This document shows, piece after piece, positions 38,906 to 50,025 of a stretch of 64,000 bases of DNA. Made by a program: the position numbers and the translations under genes. Within the stretch, counting starts at the first letter, position 1. Each line of letters opens with the position of its first letter. The notes beneath the pieces are model-generated. The model worked only from the letters and a program-made list of their open reading frames with translations, had not been told where the DNA came from and ran no database searches. This DNA is from Marsupella aquatica (Eukaryota > Plantae > Marchantiophyta): assembly GCA_973895155.1 (NCBI GenBank), contig OZ316899.1:16457974-16521973 (forward strand), given 5' to 3'.

Positions 38906-39328
38906 CCATGCATCCCAAAATCAATTTCTCAATCACCAATCCCGTCACCCGTGGCAATGTCAATTCCCTGGCCCGAAACAGCCCCCGTAGCCCGATCACT
39001 TAAATTCTCTCAATTTCCCGTCACTACTCCGTGCGGCCGCCACTAATGCCTGGAAGAATGACGCCAGCAAGCCCCACTAATCCACCATGAAAGAGAGAGC
39101 TTCAAAAATAATTAGAATCTGGAGAGAGCTTCCGGCAAGAGAGAGAAGAACCCCGTTTTTGCTTTCGGCAATGAGAGGGTCGTGCAAAAGGAAGAGGGAA
39201 AGAAAAAGGAAGGAAAAAAAAATAGAACCGAAAAAACTCCTGGCGCCTTCGCCATGCGCCCCGGCCCATTTCTCGGGCCTTACCCTTGCGTCCTCCTGCG
39301 CGCGGCCCTATGCAGGGCGCGCGGCCAT

Positions 39329-39652
39329 TCCTCCCGGCTCGCGGGAGGCCCTTCAACTCCCCCCCGCTCGCGTGATCCTCCCAGCTCGCGGGAGGCCCTT
39401 TAACTCCCCCCCGCTCGCGTGATCCTCCCAGCTCGCGGGAGGCCCTTTAACTCCCCCCCGCTCGCGTGATCCTCCCAGCTCGCGGGAGGCCCTTTAACTC
39501 CCCCCCCCCCGCTCGCTTGCGCTCCTTCAGCTCGCGGAGCCTCATTAATTGCCCGGGCACGCAGCCCTATGGGCTCGCGAGGCAGCCCCTTCAGCTCGCG
39601 GAGCCCCATTAATCGCCCGGGCACGCAGCCCTATGGGCTCGCGAGGCAGCCC
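39329..39652. repeat. GC-rich tandem arrays in 3' LTR: 4 x 47 bp + 2 x 64 bp
   Basis: Unit TCCTCCCAGCTCGCGGGAGGCCCTTTAACTCCCCCCCGCTCGCGTGA; second unit CTTCAGCTCGCGGAGC...GGCAGCCC. Confidence 0.93.
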
Positions 39653-39980
39653 CTCTTTCTCTCGGACGGCCACTAATGGGACTCGCCCTCCTGAGGAGGG
39701 ATTTATTTAAAAAAAAACCCCCCCCTCTCCTGACTTTGCAATGGGGGTCTCAACAATAGCTCTTGAAGCAAAACGGTAAGTCCTATGGGGCTGGTCCTGG
39801 CTAGTTTCAAGGTCCCAAAATATTTGCCCACTTAGGTCGCCGCAAATCTTAGAACTATTATGAGAGAAAGAATATAAAGTCACCTGGGGCATCATCAACC
39901 TATAATGACGGAATTAACTAAAAATTAAAAAATGGCTTATTTACATTGACTATTAACAAGGTATCGGCCTTTGCAACCAG

Positions 39981-42900
39981 TTATGTGTGACTTCCCGTGA
40001 CGGGGTACCCGTCACATAGCTCCTCTCTTAATTGCGAAGCGCCCCCGCGAGCACCATACTCTTCCTCCGTGTAGTACTTCTTTAGGCGCTCTTGATTGAT
40101 CCGTGTGTTGAGTAGTTGCCCCTCCAATGTCTTGAGTTGAACCGAGCCGTTGGAGTAGACGGCATCCACTACGTAGGGTCCCATCCACCGTGTATGCAAC
40201 TTCCCGGGGAAATGCATGAAGCGGCTATCGTAGAGGAGCACCAAATCTCCCTCCTCAATGGACACACGACGGAGACGGGAATCGTAATGTGACTTGCGTT
40301 TGCCTTGCTCCTGCTCCGTATGTGTCAAAGCCTCTTCTCGTGTCTCCGTGAGTTGCTCCAACTGTTGGATCCGTGAAGCGACACTTTCTTCTGCCCCTTC
40401 CCTTTCCCGTGTTAGGATTCGAATGGTTGGAACCTCAAATTCCACCGGCACAAGAGAGTGTTGTCCAAACACAAGGAAATAGGGGCTGTGGCCCGTGGTA
40501 GTCTTGTGAGCCAGGTTGTAAGCGTAAGTGGCAGCCAACAACTTCAAATCCCAATCGGTCTTGTGAGCGGATACCGTTTTGTTGAGGATCTTGCCCATGA
40601 TCCCGTTGGCTCTCTCAGTGAGCCCGTTGGCTCGAGGGTGGTACGGAGTGGTCTTCCTATGTGAGATCAAGTAGTTCTCCGTCAAACGTTCAATCGTATG
40701 ATTGAGGAAGTGAGTACCCCTGTCACTTACCAACTCCAATGGTGGACCAAATCGTGTAAAAATCTGCTCATACAAAAAACGTGCCGTGGTGTTGGCATCA
40801 TCCTTGGCAGTAGCTCGGGCCTCCACCCACTTGGTGGCATAGTCCGTTGCAAGAATGATGTAGCGCTTCCTCCCTCTTCGTGTGATGGGAGTGAAAGGGC
40901 CAATGAAGTCCACCCCCCACTTCTCAAAGGGTGCAAGAGGAAGTATGGGCACCAATGGGTGTCGTGAGGAGGGCCCTGGTTTGCCTTGACGCTGGCACGG
41001 ATCACATCGCTGGATGTACCGGTGTACATCCCGAAAGAGAGTTGGCCACCAATATCCAGCATCTAGTATTTTCCTTGCGGTGGTCTCCCGTGCAAAGTGG
41101 CCACCAGCTTCCTCCTCATGTAATGCTGCCATGACTGTACGTATCTCCGCTTCCTCCAAACAACGACGAAGTCGGCCATCCATGCCGTACTTGTGAAGTA
41201 CTCCCTTCACAAGCAAGTAGGGACCTGTCTTACGCAAAAACACTGCTGCTCTCTCCGGGCCCAAACGTGAGGGAACTCTAGCCGTGCGGAGAAATTCCAA
41301 AATTTCTCCATACCAAGTAGTGGCCTCTGTATTCACGCTGAACACTTCCTCATCCGGGAACCGATCATCAATCTCCTGGGAGTCAGATGCTCCCTCAATA
41401 CGGGAGAAGAAGTCTGCATTGCTATGACTCTTCCCCGATCTTACTCTCACCTCATAGTTGAACTCTTGTAGCAACAAAACCCAACGTGCAATTCTCCCGG
41501 ACAGATCTGGCTTGTTGACCATGTATTTCAAGCTGTTGTGATCCGTGTGGAACACAACCTTGTACCCCAACAAATAATGACGATACTTCTTACAAGCGTA
41601 GATGATACCAAGTGCCTCCCTATCGGTGGGTGAGTAGTTTTTCTCTGCCGGGGCCAACTGCCTACTGGCAAAGTAGATGGGATGGTCTCTTCCATCATCA
41701 TCTAACTGACTCAAAACGGCACCGATGCAAAATCCTGATACGTCTACGTAAACATGGAATTCCTTATTCCAATTGGGCGTAATGAGCACGGGGGCCTCTA
41801 GCAATCGTTTCTTCAATTCATCAAAAGCAGCCTGACGGGAAGGAGTAGGTTCAAACTCACTTCCTTTTTTCAACATGGAAGTGAGTGGCATGGCTACCTT
41901 GGCAAAGTCTTTGATGAAGCGTCGGTAGTAGCCAACACACCCCAAGAACCCTCTCACTTCCTTCACATTCTTGGGAAATGAGACTGCTACCCACACGGCG
42001 ACCTTCTCACGATCAACTTCAATCCCTCGTGCAGACACTTTGTGGCCCAATAGGATTCCCTCCTCAATTCCAAAGAAACATTTCTCCGGATGCAGCTTCA
42101 GGCAAGTCTCCCGGCACCGCTGAAAAGTCAACCGTAAGTGTTCCGGATGCTTGACTCGTTTGCCGTAGACAGCAAAGTCATCAATAAAGATCTCCAAGAA
42201 CCTGCGTAAAAAGTCATGAAATATATTCATCATGAGCCGTTGGAACATGCCAGGGGCATTGCACAACCCAAAAGGCATTCTCCGGAATGCAAAAATCCCC
42301 CACTCTGTTGTGAAAGCCGTCTTGAGTTGGTCCTCCTCCCGTATCCAGATTTGGTTGTACCCAGAGTAGCCATCCAAGAAGCTGTATATCTCCCAACCTG
42401 CTACCATGTCCAACACGATATCCGTGAACGGTAGCGGGTAGTGATCCTTCTTGGTCGCATCATTCAACTTTCGAAAATCTTGGCACACCCGTATTTTCAC
42501 CTTCCCGTCTGGCCCCTTTTTCTTGGGCACGATTACGATGGGTGACACCCACTCACTATGCATGACCGGATAAATGAATCCTGCATCCAACAAACGGTCA
42601 ATCTCCTCCTTCACCATGAGTGAGTATTTGGGGTTGAGGCGGTATTGGCGTTGCCTCACAGGTCGTGCTCCTGACATCAGGTCAATGCTGTGCTCACCAA
42701 ACTCAGGTGGCACTCCTTTCAAATCTTGGTGGCTCCACGCAAATACGTCTTGGTACTCTTTCAACAATTCCTGAATCGTGCGTTGCTCCGTAGCATCCAA
42801 CTTACTACCAATGTTGAGTGTCTTGCCCTCACCCACTTCCACCTTTGTGTACTGCTCCGGCCTGATCACGTCCAACTTGTTGCGTGTCTCCTCATCAAAG

Positions 42901-45900
42901 GTTTCTTCCAACCGTGCGAGCCTCATCCCTCCATACACCGGTGCATCACTCTCCTCCTGGTCTGGTCGGGATGGAGGTGGATCCTTTGTCACATGGGCCA
43001 TTATTTCTTCAACGTCAGATTCTTTGTAATGTGACAATAGCTCCTCTCTAAAGTCATCATCCAGGATGTCATTCAAAAACTGCTCTCTTTGCTCATCATC
43101 AAACATGATCGTGTGGGCTTGCATTTCCACCTCCTCGGGGTGATCCTCTGCCTCCCTATCATGAATCTCTAGAGGTTCAGCCTCCACAATTTTGCTTCGC
43201 TCGTCTTCCATCTCTTCTAGAACAGCGTGCACTTGGCTAACTGATTCCTCTACTGCATGCTCTTGAGTAGCAACTCCGGGGCCAAAAACATCTTCCTCCG
43301 TGAGGTGAGAAATCAGTTTCACCATGTATACTTCATCCTCGTCTTCATCTGAGGTGACCTCTGAATCATATTCCTCCTCCATAGTCGTAGTCTCCCCGTG
43401 AGGTGACTCCGCTGACCATGGAATAGTGATAGTGGGGATACCAAACCGAAACTGCCGTTTGCCCCAATCACTTGTGACCTTGGCCACATACAACCATGGC
43501 CTGCCAATTAAAATGGGAAAACCGTACGGCCGAACGGGTCGCATCACCAAATAGTTGAGGGGGAAAGATTTTCCCCCAATCATTGTTGGAATCTTGGTGA
43601 GACACCCCAACGGCACCACCCGTGCACCATCAGCCAACCTCATGGCACGTGCCGGTGGTTCTAACTCTGTATACCCCAACCGGTTTGCCGTCTCCTCAGT
43701 CATGATGTTGACTCCCGAGCCCCCGTCCACCGGTACAAACCGTATTGCACATCCATTGATGTCCACCGTGAGTTCTGGGGCACCCAAATCCTCCGTGACC
43801 CAGTTGACTTGTATGGGGTCAGCCCCAACTTTGGGTAACCTTCTTCTACGTCTCCTCCTCATGAGAATCTCCTTGACTTGGCGACGGTATAGGGAGCTAT
43901 CCCGTAATAGTTGACCAATTGTGGCACTGACTGGGCAATCCAGAATGTCTTGAGCAATGTTGTACGCGGTTGCAGGAGGTATGGGTGGGATGACCTCTTC
44001 TCCCGGTTTCCAACGAACAACCCTCTCCTCCGCTTTCTTTCTGGCCTTTGCCTCCTCCATGTCTTTGTCAATGGCCGCTTGCATGGCTTGTGCTTCTAGC
44101 TCCTCCAACTGCTTACGTACCTCTTCTCCCACCTTCGGATAGAACAACTTGGGGTTGTCCCGATCAAAGTCACTATCCTCCATGGGTGGCACCTCCGGTT
44201 CGTGTGAGGTACCCGATGTGGAAGCTTGATGCACCTCCTTGTACTTCTGCTTGAGCTCGGACTTGCCCTTCTTTTTGCCGGATCGAGTGGAGACTCGGTA
44301 ACAAGAGTAATGCCTTCTCTCCTCGTCGCTGTCTTCCTCCGGTAGATTCTCAGCATGAGTCCACTCATGACTTGGGGGTGAGGGGTTAGCAACTTCAACT
44401 TCCGTAGATGTTGCAACAACAACCACCGGTATCTCAACAACTGGAGATACTACAACGACTAGCGGTACCACCTCCTCCGTTATGGTGGTCATCCTTTGCT
44501 TGGGAATGTTCACTACGGTTTCTTCTCTTCTAGTGATTAGAGGGGTGTCGACTGCTTCCGTGGTGAGAAAGTTGACGCTAGCTTCTTTCAGAGGAGGTGG
44601 CGGCCCCTTCTTCTCTTGTGCCCCAATCGGTTGAGCCTTGAACGCCTCCAAGGTTGGGCAGTGTGGTGCAAGATGACCCTCCCCCTTGCATAGTTGACAC
44701 AGCCGGGCAAAATCTCCATTGCCTTGACGGGTGGGCTCTGGGCACACATTAGCGTAGTGGCCCGCCACTCTACAATTGTAACAAATAGGGATCTTCCTCA
44801 CTCCAGGGTACGGTGGTCGATTCCCTGGGTTAGCGTTGGGATAGTTGGAGTATGCGGGTGCTCCGGCGTTTGTTGAAACTCCATGAATGCTCCGTGGTCC
44901 CGGGTTGAGAGGTTGTACACTATACACGTTGGCCTCTGGTGGCTCCTCCATGAAGTACTCTATTGGCCCTTCCGCTGCATATGAAGGATTTGAGTAGCTT
45001 GCCCCCTCAACATCCTCCTCCCGTACTTGGAAAACCTTGGCTGGTTCTCCCGCTGGGCACTCCTTCGGGGCATGACCAAACTTCATGCACTTGGTGCACC
45101 ACACATTGGCTCTCTCCACCGGAACTTTTCTCCTCTCAGGTTTGAGTCCGGCAAAATGTACTTTCAACGCTTTCATTTGCTCCGTCAGCTCATCATATCT
45201 GGCCTCTTGCTCCTTCAGGCGTCTTGCCGTAGACAATGGTGTAACGGCCACCGTGGGTAGTATCACTTCACGGTGAGAGGACTTCTTGACTTTCTTTGAC
45301 AACTTCTTCTTCTTCCTCCTTCGTCTTTCAGCTTCTGACTCCGTAGTGTCTGACTCTGTAGTACTCTCAGAATCCTCAGATTCATCACTACTATCTGAAT
45401 CAGATCCACTCGACTCCTCACTGGAGGAACTGTCAACCGGCTTCAGCTTCTTTCTTCGGCAACGCTTGCTTGTGGCATCAGCTGCGGTGTATGACTCCGC
45501 TGCTGCAATAGCTTCAGCCAATGTGGTTGGCTTGGCTTGACGTACAAAGAACCCCATCTTGCTTGGTAGGGCAGCCACAAACCAGGCTTGACGCATAGCA
45601 TCATCGGTACGGGCTTGGATCCGACGTACCAGCTTTTGGAACCTTTGCAAAAACCTCCGTAATGACTCCTTCTTCTTCATCCTGAGTTGGCCCACCTTTA
45701 ATAGTGAGGTGGCCTCCACTCCTATGGATCTGAACTCCTTCAAGAAGGCTTGCTTGAACAGAGCCCAATCAGCTTTCACGTTGGCCAACAACGAAATGAA
45801 CCATGGACCTGCCTCCCCTCTCATCATTCCAGGAATGATAGTGAGCTTATGTGCAGACTCCCCATTAGCTTCGGCAATCCCTTCAAACTCCTCAATCCAT

Positions 45901-46379
45901 TCGTCTGGATCATCCTTTGGTCTCCCCTTGAAGGGTACGTACTGAACACGGGTACGTTGTGCAGCTGCCATCGGTGCAGCCGGTGCCTGTATCAACACAG
46001 GTGGTAATGGCGCTTGTTGGGCCACCGGTAACAGCACCGATGATAGGTGTGAGATGATTTGTGGCAATGCAGTGAGCTCTGGGATCAGATTTTGTAACTC
46101 AGACTGCACCAACACAAAGGGCTCTCCTTCTTCTCGCTCGTGATCTATGTCTGGCTCTTCGTCTGGGCATATGGCCTCATTACGTTGAGCCTCTTCCTGT
46201 TGCACACCAACTTGTTCTTCCAGCACCAGTGGCAACCTCCTCTCTTCTGCAAGCCGTAAGCGTTCTTCGGCAGCAACTCGTCGTCTGGTCCCAATCCAAG
46301 AGGGCCCCCCTTCTAGCTCTGATCTTGGGGTACGTGTGTGTTGGGGACTTCCTCTACCTCCCCTTCTCCCTCTCGGCAT
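39981..46379 (-). CDS. gag-pol: Gag-Pol polyprotein (2132 aa): gag, 3 CCHC knuckles, aspartic protease, RT, RNase H, integrase with GPY motif
   Basis: CTKCMKFGHAPKEC / CYNCRVAGHYANVC / CQLCKGEGHLAPHC; VDGGSGVN; IFIDDF; VDVSGFCIGAVL; HEEEAGGH..CDPC; VDFIGP..SDRG..TERAN; WMGPY. No stops; the stop codon lies inside the 3' LTR. Confidence 0.97.
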   Translation of the reverse strand: MPRGRRGGRGSPQHTRTPRSELEGGPSWIGTRRRVAAEERLRLAEERRLPLVLEEQVGVQQEEAQRNEAICPDEEPDIDHEREEGEPFVLVQSELQNLIPELTALPQIISHLSSVLLPVAQQAPLPPVLIQAPAAPMAAAQRTRVQYVPFKGRPKDDPDEWIEEFEGIAEANGESAHKLTIIPGMMRGEAGPWFISLLANVKADWALFKQAFLKEFRSIGVEATSLLKVGQLRMKKKESLRRFLQRFQKLVRRIQARTDDAMRQAWFVAALPSKMGFFVRQAKPTTLAEAIAAAESYTAADATSKRCRRKKLKPVDSSSSEESSGSDSDSSDESEDSESTTESDTTESEAERRRRKKKKLSKKVKKSSHREVILPTVAVTPLSTARRLKEQEARYDELTEQMKALKVHFAGLKPERRKVPVERANVWCTKCMKFGHAPKECPAGEPAKVFQVREEDVEGASYSNPSYAAEGPIEYFMEEPPEANVYSVQPLNPGPRSIHGVSTNAGAPAYSNYPNANPGNRPPYPGVRKIPICYNCRVAGHYANVCPEPTRQGNGDFARLCQLCKGEGHLAPHCPTLEAFKAQPIGAQEKKGPPPPLKEASVNFLTTEAVDTPLITRREETVVNIPKQRMTTITEEVVPLVVVVSPVVEIPVVVVATSTEVEVANPSPPSHEWTHAENLPEEDSDEERRHYSCYRVSTRSGKKKGKSELKQKYKEVHQASTSGTSHEPEVPPMEDSDFDRDNPKLFYPKVGEEVRKQLEELEAQAMQAAIDKDMEEAKARKKAEERVVRWKPGEEVIPPIPPATAYNIAQDILDCPVSATIGQLLRDSSLYRRQVKEILMRRRRRRRLPKVGADPIQVNWVTEDLGAPELTVDINGCAIRFVPVDGGSGVNIMTEETANRLGYTELEPPARAMRLADGARVVPLGCLTKIPTMIGGKSFPLNYLVMRPVRPYGFPILIGRPWLYVAKVTSDWGKRQFRFGIPTITIPWSAESPHGETTTMEEEYDSEVTSDEDEDEVYMVKLISHLTEEDVFGPGVATQEHAVEESVSQVHAVLEEMEDERSKIVEAEPLEIHDREAEDHPEEVEMQAHTIMFDDEQREQFLNDILDDDFREELLSHYKESDVEEIMAHVTKDPPPSRPDQEESDAPVYGGMRLARLEETFDEETRNKLDVIRPEQYTKVEVGEGKTLNIGSKLDATEQRTIQELLKEYQDVFAWSHQDLKGVPPEFGEHSIDLMSGARPVRQRQYRLNPKYSLMVKEEIDRLLDAGFIYPVMHSEWVSPIVIVPKKKGPDGKVKIRVCQDFRKLNDATKKDHYPLPFTDIVLDMVAGWEIYSFLDGYSGYNQIWIREEDQLKTAFTTEWGIFAFRRMPFGLCNAPGMFQRLMMNIFHDFLRRFLEIFIDDFAVYGKRVKHPEHLRLTFQRCRETCLKLHPEKCFFGIEEGILLGHKVSARGIEVDREKVAVWVAVSFPKNVKEVRGFLGCVGYYRRFIKDFAKVAMPLTSMLKKGSEFEPTPSRQAAFDELKKRLLEAPVLITPNWNKEFHVYVDVSGFCIGAVLSQLDDDGRDHPIYFASRQLAPAEKNYSPTDREALGIIYACKKYRHYLLGYKVVFHTDHNSLKYMVNKPDLSGRIARWVLLLQEFNYEVRVRSGKSHSNADFFSRIEGASDSQEIDDRFPDEEVFSVNTEATTWYGEILEFLRTARVPSRLGPERAAVFLRKTGPYLLVKGVLHKYGMDGRLRRCLEEAEIRTVMAALHEEEAGGHFARETTARKILDAGYWWPTLFRDVHRYIQRCDPCQRQGKPGPSSRHPLVPILPLAPFEKWGVDFIGPFTPITRRGRKRYIILATDYATKWVEARATAKDDANTTARFLYEQIFTRFGPPLELVSDRGTHFLNHTIERLTENYLISHRKTTPYHPRANGLTERANGIMGKILNKTVSAHKTDWDLKLLAATYAYNLAHKTTTGHSPYFLVFGQHSLVPVEFEVPTIRILTREREGAEESVASRIQQLEQLTETREEALTHTEQEQGKRKSHYDSRLRRVSIEEGDLVLLYDSRFMHFPGKLHTRWMGPYVVDAVYSNGSVQLKTLEGQLLNTRINQERLKKYYTEEEYGARGGASQLREELCDGYPVTGSHT

Positions 46380-46596
46380 CCCATTGAGACCTGCATTCCA
46401 AACTTACACCAATGTCTCAGAAAGCAATATTTGTAAACATCAACCGTCGCACGATGCATTGTGGTTGACGTACAATAACAAAGTAACCAACAAACTTCTC
46501 ACGTATCAACCGTCGCAAGTTGCGTTGTGGTTGATAGGTTTGAACTCCCAATAGACGTAGCTCCCCTCCTTCGTGTCGTCAAACAAGAAGAAGGAT

Positions 46597-46614
46597 TCCC
46601 CGGCAGCGGTGCCA
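46597..46614 (-). promoter_or_regulatory. Primer-binding site, tRNA-Asp-like (Athila type)
   Basis: TGGCACCGCTGCCGGGGA vs canonical TGGCGCCGTTGCCGGGGA (2 mismatches); 20 nt from the LTR end. Confidence 0.8.
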
Positions 46615-47745
46615 AAAACAAAAGACCACACTTATGTCACTTGCCTCTCCAACGGTTAATACGTGCAAACCGCACTTTTCTTCGCTTAAACCGTTGGTAT
46701 CGTATTACGGGGTCGTGGAGGGACGCTATTTGGATTCTTTTCACACCAGGATGAGTATTTTGGTTTCCGCTCCCGGAAATGTAGGTTTTGATCAAGTCTA
46801 CCGACTACCCTCACCCCACAGCTTTTGATCAAGTCCTGCCGACTACCCCACTACACCTTCACTCGGAGTCACCCAAAGAGTGCTGTCACCACCCCTACTC
46901 ACAAGGCCGACTCAAACCAAGCAAGTTTCTTCAAATCATAGAACGGGAGAACACAATTCGGAAAGCGAAAAAGGGAGAAGGAACACACAACAAAAGCCCA
47001 TCAAGTCAAATGTACAGATCCATATCTCTTGGGAAAAACGATACACATTGCATGAGTAACCCGGCCTCCTGCCGTCTACTCAACTCCTGCCTCTCCGGAC
47101 AATGAGTATGGCTCCCCCTCACTACTCTGAACACGCTTTCAAACTCCTCAGGCTCCACTCTATCCCTCCTTGCTAACTTCACACTGAGTCCCCCTAACTA
47201 CTTCGGGGCTATCCCCCTAAATACTGAAAAATCACACCAAAGCACCCCTCACAGGGTCACAACGGTGGCGGCTACCCTAGCGGCGCCGCTAAAACCTTGC
47301 ACTAAGAGAAATCCTTAAACTGAAGAGGAGCATGCGGCACACACATGCTGCTAAAACCCTAAACCCAAAACAAGGGGGCCGACGGTGCCTTCGACGGCGC
47401 CCCAACAGTACACGTGAACCCTGAAAGTGAGAGGCACCCCAAAATGGCCGAAACTAGGTGCCCTTCCAAGTGCACACCTGAGCTCACCCCTGGATAGCTC
47501 TTCTTTTCCTGCTTCCGAATCACTAAGTCGCTCCCTCAACGGACTTCAGACGCCTGAGTTATGGCCGTTTCCGTACCGCAAAAACATAAGTTCTCCAGGC
47601 CATAACTTGCTCATCCTGGCTCCGTTTGAGGAGCGCCGCCTCTTGTTGGAATCAGCTCCGCGAGCTCATCCCAACAAGCCCATGAGTGACCCCCCACTAA
47701 AATGTTGGAAATCTGGAGGCCGTACACCCACGTCCGTACGCCTAT

Positions 47746-49602
47746 CTAATCCTCCTCTTCTTCTTCGCTCTCGGTGCCCGGACTTGTGCCCCGTGAGTGG
47801 TCCTCCTCCTCATCACTCACGGGAGTGAGTGCCACCGTACTTTTCTTCTTCTTCGACGGAGTACTCTTAGTGCTGCTGCTCCCGCGCTTCCTCAAAGCAG
47901 CCAAGGCCTGCCACGCCTTGATGTACCCCTCACCAATTGTGTCCTTCCAGAGGGTAGCCTCTTCTCCGGACCGCAACTCCAACGGTAGAACTTGCCCCGT
48001 GGCCATGGGAGTCCCGGGGGTGACAGACCTGGGTGGCATCCCCGTACTGACCTGAGCCTCCCGTAACGATTTCCGTACCTCCCGGAGCTTCTTCTCCAAG
48101 CTCTTACTCTTCTCCTGACTCTTCTTGGCTCCATCCAACAAGGGTCCATACTTCCCACTAACCTCCTTCACCACCATCTCGATAGCTTGGGAGATCACAT
48201 CCGGGGAAAGTGTGGAGCCAGGTGTGCCGGGACTCTTCCGTTTCCCTAGACTCAGGGCCTCACTTCTCTTCGCTCGTGTCTCAAAGGCTGCCACCTGACT
48301 CCGTAGTGCTCCCACCTGGTTCCTCCACTCCATCACTTCTCCAGAATTTTGCTTCTCTTTGGCCAATGCTTGCCTCAACGCTCCTACTTCTTCTGCTTCC
48401 TTGGCCTTGGTGGACAAAGCTCCCTTCAAGTTGGTGATCTCTACGTGAGCTGCATTGATGTGCCTGACCTTCTCATGAATGGTCTGCTCCTTGGTCTTGA
48501 TCACCTCCTTCAGTGACAGGATGCTCTGCTCTAACGTCTCTACTTTGACTGTGGCGTGCTTGAGAGACTCCCTCAATGCGTGGACTAGCTTGAGTCCCTC
48601 GTGGACTCCCTCTCTGAAATCCCGTAGCTCTGCCAAGTAAACATCCGGAATGTTGTATTCCAGAGGCTGTTTCGGATCTCCCACGAGTGATTCAAGCCAC
48701 TCCAATGTGCAATCATCCTCCTGGTTCTCTTCTTCTCTATTATCCTCCCCACCAGCAGACAATGATTCCTCCGTGAGCTTCCCTAAAACGGTAGTGGCAA
48801 TACTCCGGATCTCCGTGGTGAGAGATGATCCCGTGTCTTCATGCCCCGGAGAACCAATCAACCCTTCTGCCCTGGCCAATACAAATGACCCCATCAAATG
48901 TACAGCCCCACCTGGTTTCACACTCCCGGGCTCAGCGGCCAATAGCTTCTTCAATCCGTAGCACCACCATCCGTACACATGGGCTGGGTAGTTCTTGATG
49001 TCCATAGCTACCACGAAATGCTCCTCATTCAGCACTCCGGATTGCACGTTGCCAAGAACCCGTTGATGCACCTTGGCCAGGAAGCCCTTATACTCAACAT
49101 CCTTGACAGCAGAAAGAGGGATGGCGGTGGTGGAGGTAGGATTGGTCACCCAAGTGGCCACCATTTTCAACGTGAGTTCTCCCCTGATATTCCGAGGTGT
49201 GAATGAGAATTTCTGATTCTCAAGAAACAATAGCTTAGCCAACTCCACATGGGGCACTACACGTTTGAGACATTCAAAGTAGATTCCCTCCGTTCGGAAC
49301 TCCATCCCGGCCTCAATGTCCCAGCTCTTCCCTGAAGGGATGGTAATCTCCACCTTCATGAATTCTGTAAGCCCGGTGGCTTGGAAAATGTTCCGACAAT
49401 CCTCCATCACCTTGGTGGAGGTCTTGGGATAAATTCGACGAAAAATCTTCCTACCCACCGGTGAGGAACCCGCTGCCAATCCCGTGCTCATCATAACTTC
49501 TCTCTCTTCCCTTTCCCGTGTAATCCGAGTCTCCACGTAGTCACGGTAAGCAGCCTTGTATCTCCGAATGCGTGACGCACTAAACTCTGGTTGATCTAGC
49601 AT
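47746..49602 (-). CDS. LTR-encoded 618-aa accessory protein (5' LTR copy)
   Basis: Identical to 37049-38905 except one residue (VYLAEL vs VYLVEL). Confidence 0.88.
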   Translation of the reverse strand: MLDQPEFSASRIRRYKAAYRDYVETRITREREEREVMMSTGLAAGSSPVGRKIFRRIYPKTSTKVMEDCRNIFQATGLTEFMKVEITIPSGKSWDIEAGMEFRTEGIYFECLKRVVPHVELAKLLFLENQKFSFTPRNIRGELTLKMVATWVTNPTSTTAIPLSAVKDVEYKGFLAKVHQRVLGNVQSGVLNEEHFVVAMDIKNYPAHVYGWWCYGLKKLLAAEPGSVKPGGAVHLMGSFVLARAEGLIGSPGHEDTGSSLTTEIRSIATTVLGKLTEESLSAGGEDNREEENQEDDCTLEWLESLVGDPKQPLEYNIPDVYLAELRDFREGVHEGLKLVHALRESLKHATVKVETLEQSILSLKEVIKTKEQTIHEKVRHINAAHVEITNLKGALSTKAKEAEEVGALRQALAKEKQNSGEVMEWRNQVGALRSQVAAFETRAKRSEALSLGKRKSPGTPGSTLSPDVISQAIEMVVKEVSGKYGPLLDGAKKSQEKSKSLEKKLREVRKSLREAQVSTGMPPRSVTPGTPMATGQVLPLELRSGEEATLWKDTIGEGYIKAWQALAALRKRGSSSTKSTPSKKKKSTVALTPVSDEEEDHSRGTSPGTESEEEEED

Positions 49603-50025
49603 CCATGCATCCCGAAATCAATTTCTCAATCACCAATCCCGTCACCCGTGGCAATGTCAATTCCCTGGCCCGAAACAGCCCCCGTAGCCCGATCACTTAA
49701 ATTCTCTCAATTTCCCGTCACTACTCCGTGCGGCCGCCACTAATGCCTGGAAGAATGACGCCAGCAAGCCCCACTAATCCACCATGAAAGAGAGAGCTTC
49801 AAAAATAATTAGAATCTGGAGAGAGCTTCCGGCAAGAGAGAGAAGAACCCCGTTTTTGCTTTCGGCAATGAGAGGGTCGTGCAAAAGGAAGAGGGAAAGA
49901 AAAAGGAAGGAAAAAAAAATAGAACCGAAAAAACTCCTGGCGCCTTCGCCATGCGCCCCGGCCCATTTCTCGGGCCTTACCCTTGCGTCCTCCTGCGCGC
50001 GGCCCTATGCAGGGCGCGCGGCCAT

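Larger units (their letters stand above)
35938..40016 (-). repeat. 3' LTR (4079 bp)
   Basis: Direct repeat of 46635-50666; preceded on the minus strand by PPT AAGAGAGGAG (40020-40029). Confidence 0.95.

Noticed and set aside
39329-39652. Palindromic 47-bp repeats as a CRISPR array
   Set aside because: Head-to-tail units with no unique spacers, no cas genes, eukaryotic LTR context.
40294-46007. Many short ORFs overlapping gag-pol, and similar short ORFs in LTRs and at 8112-8388
   Set aside because: Shadow or low-complexity frames with no recognisable domains.
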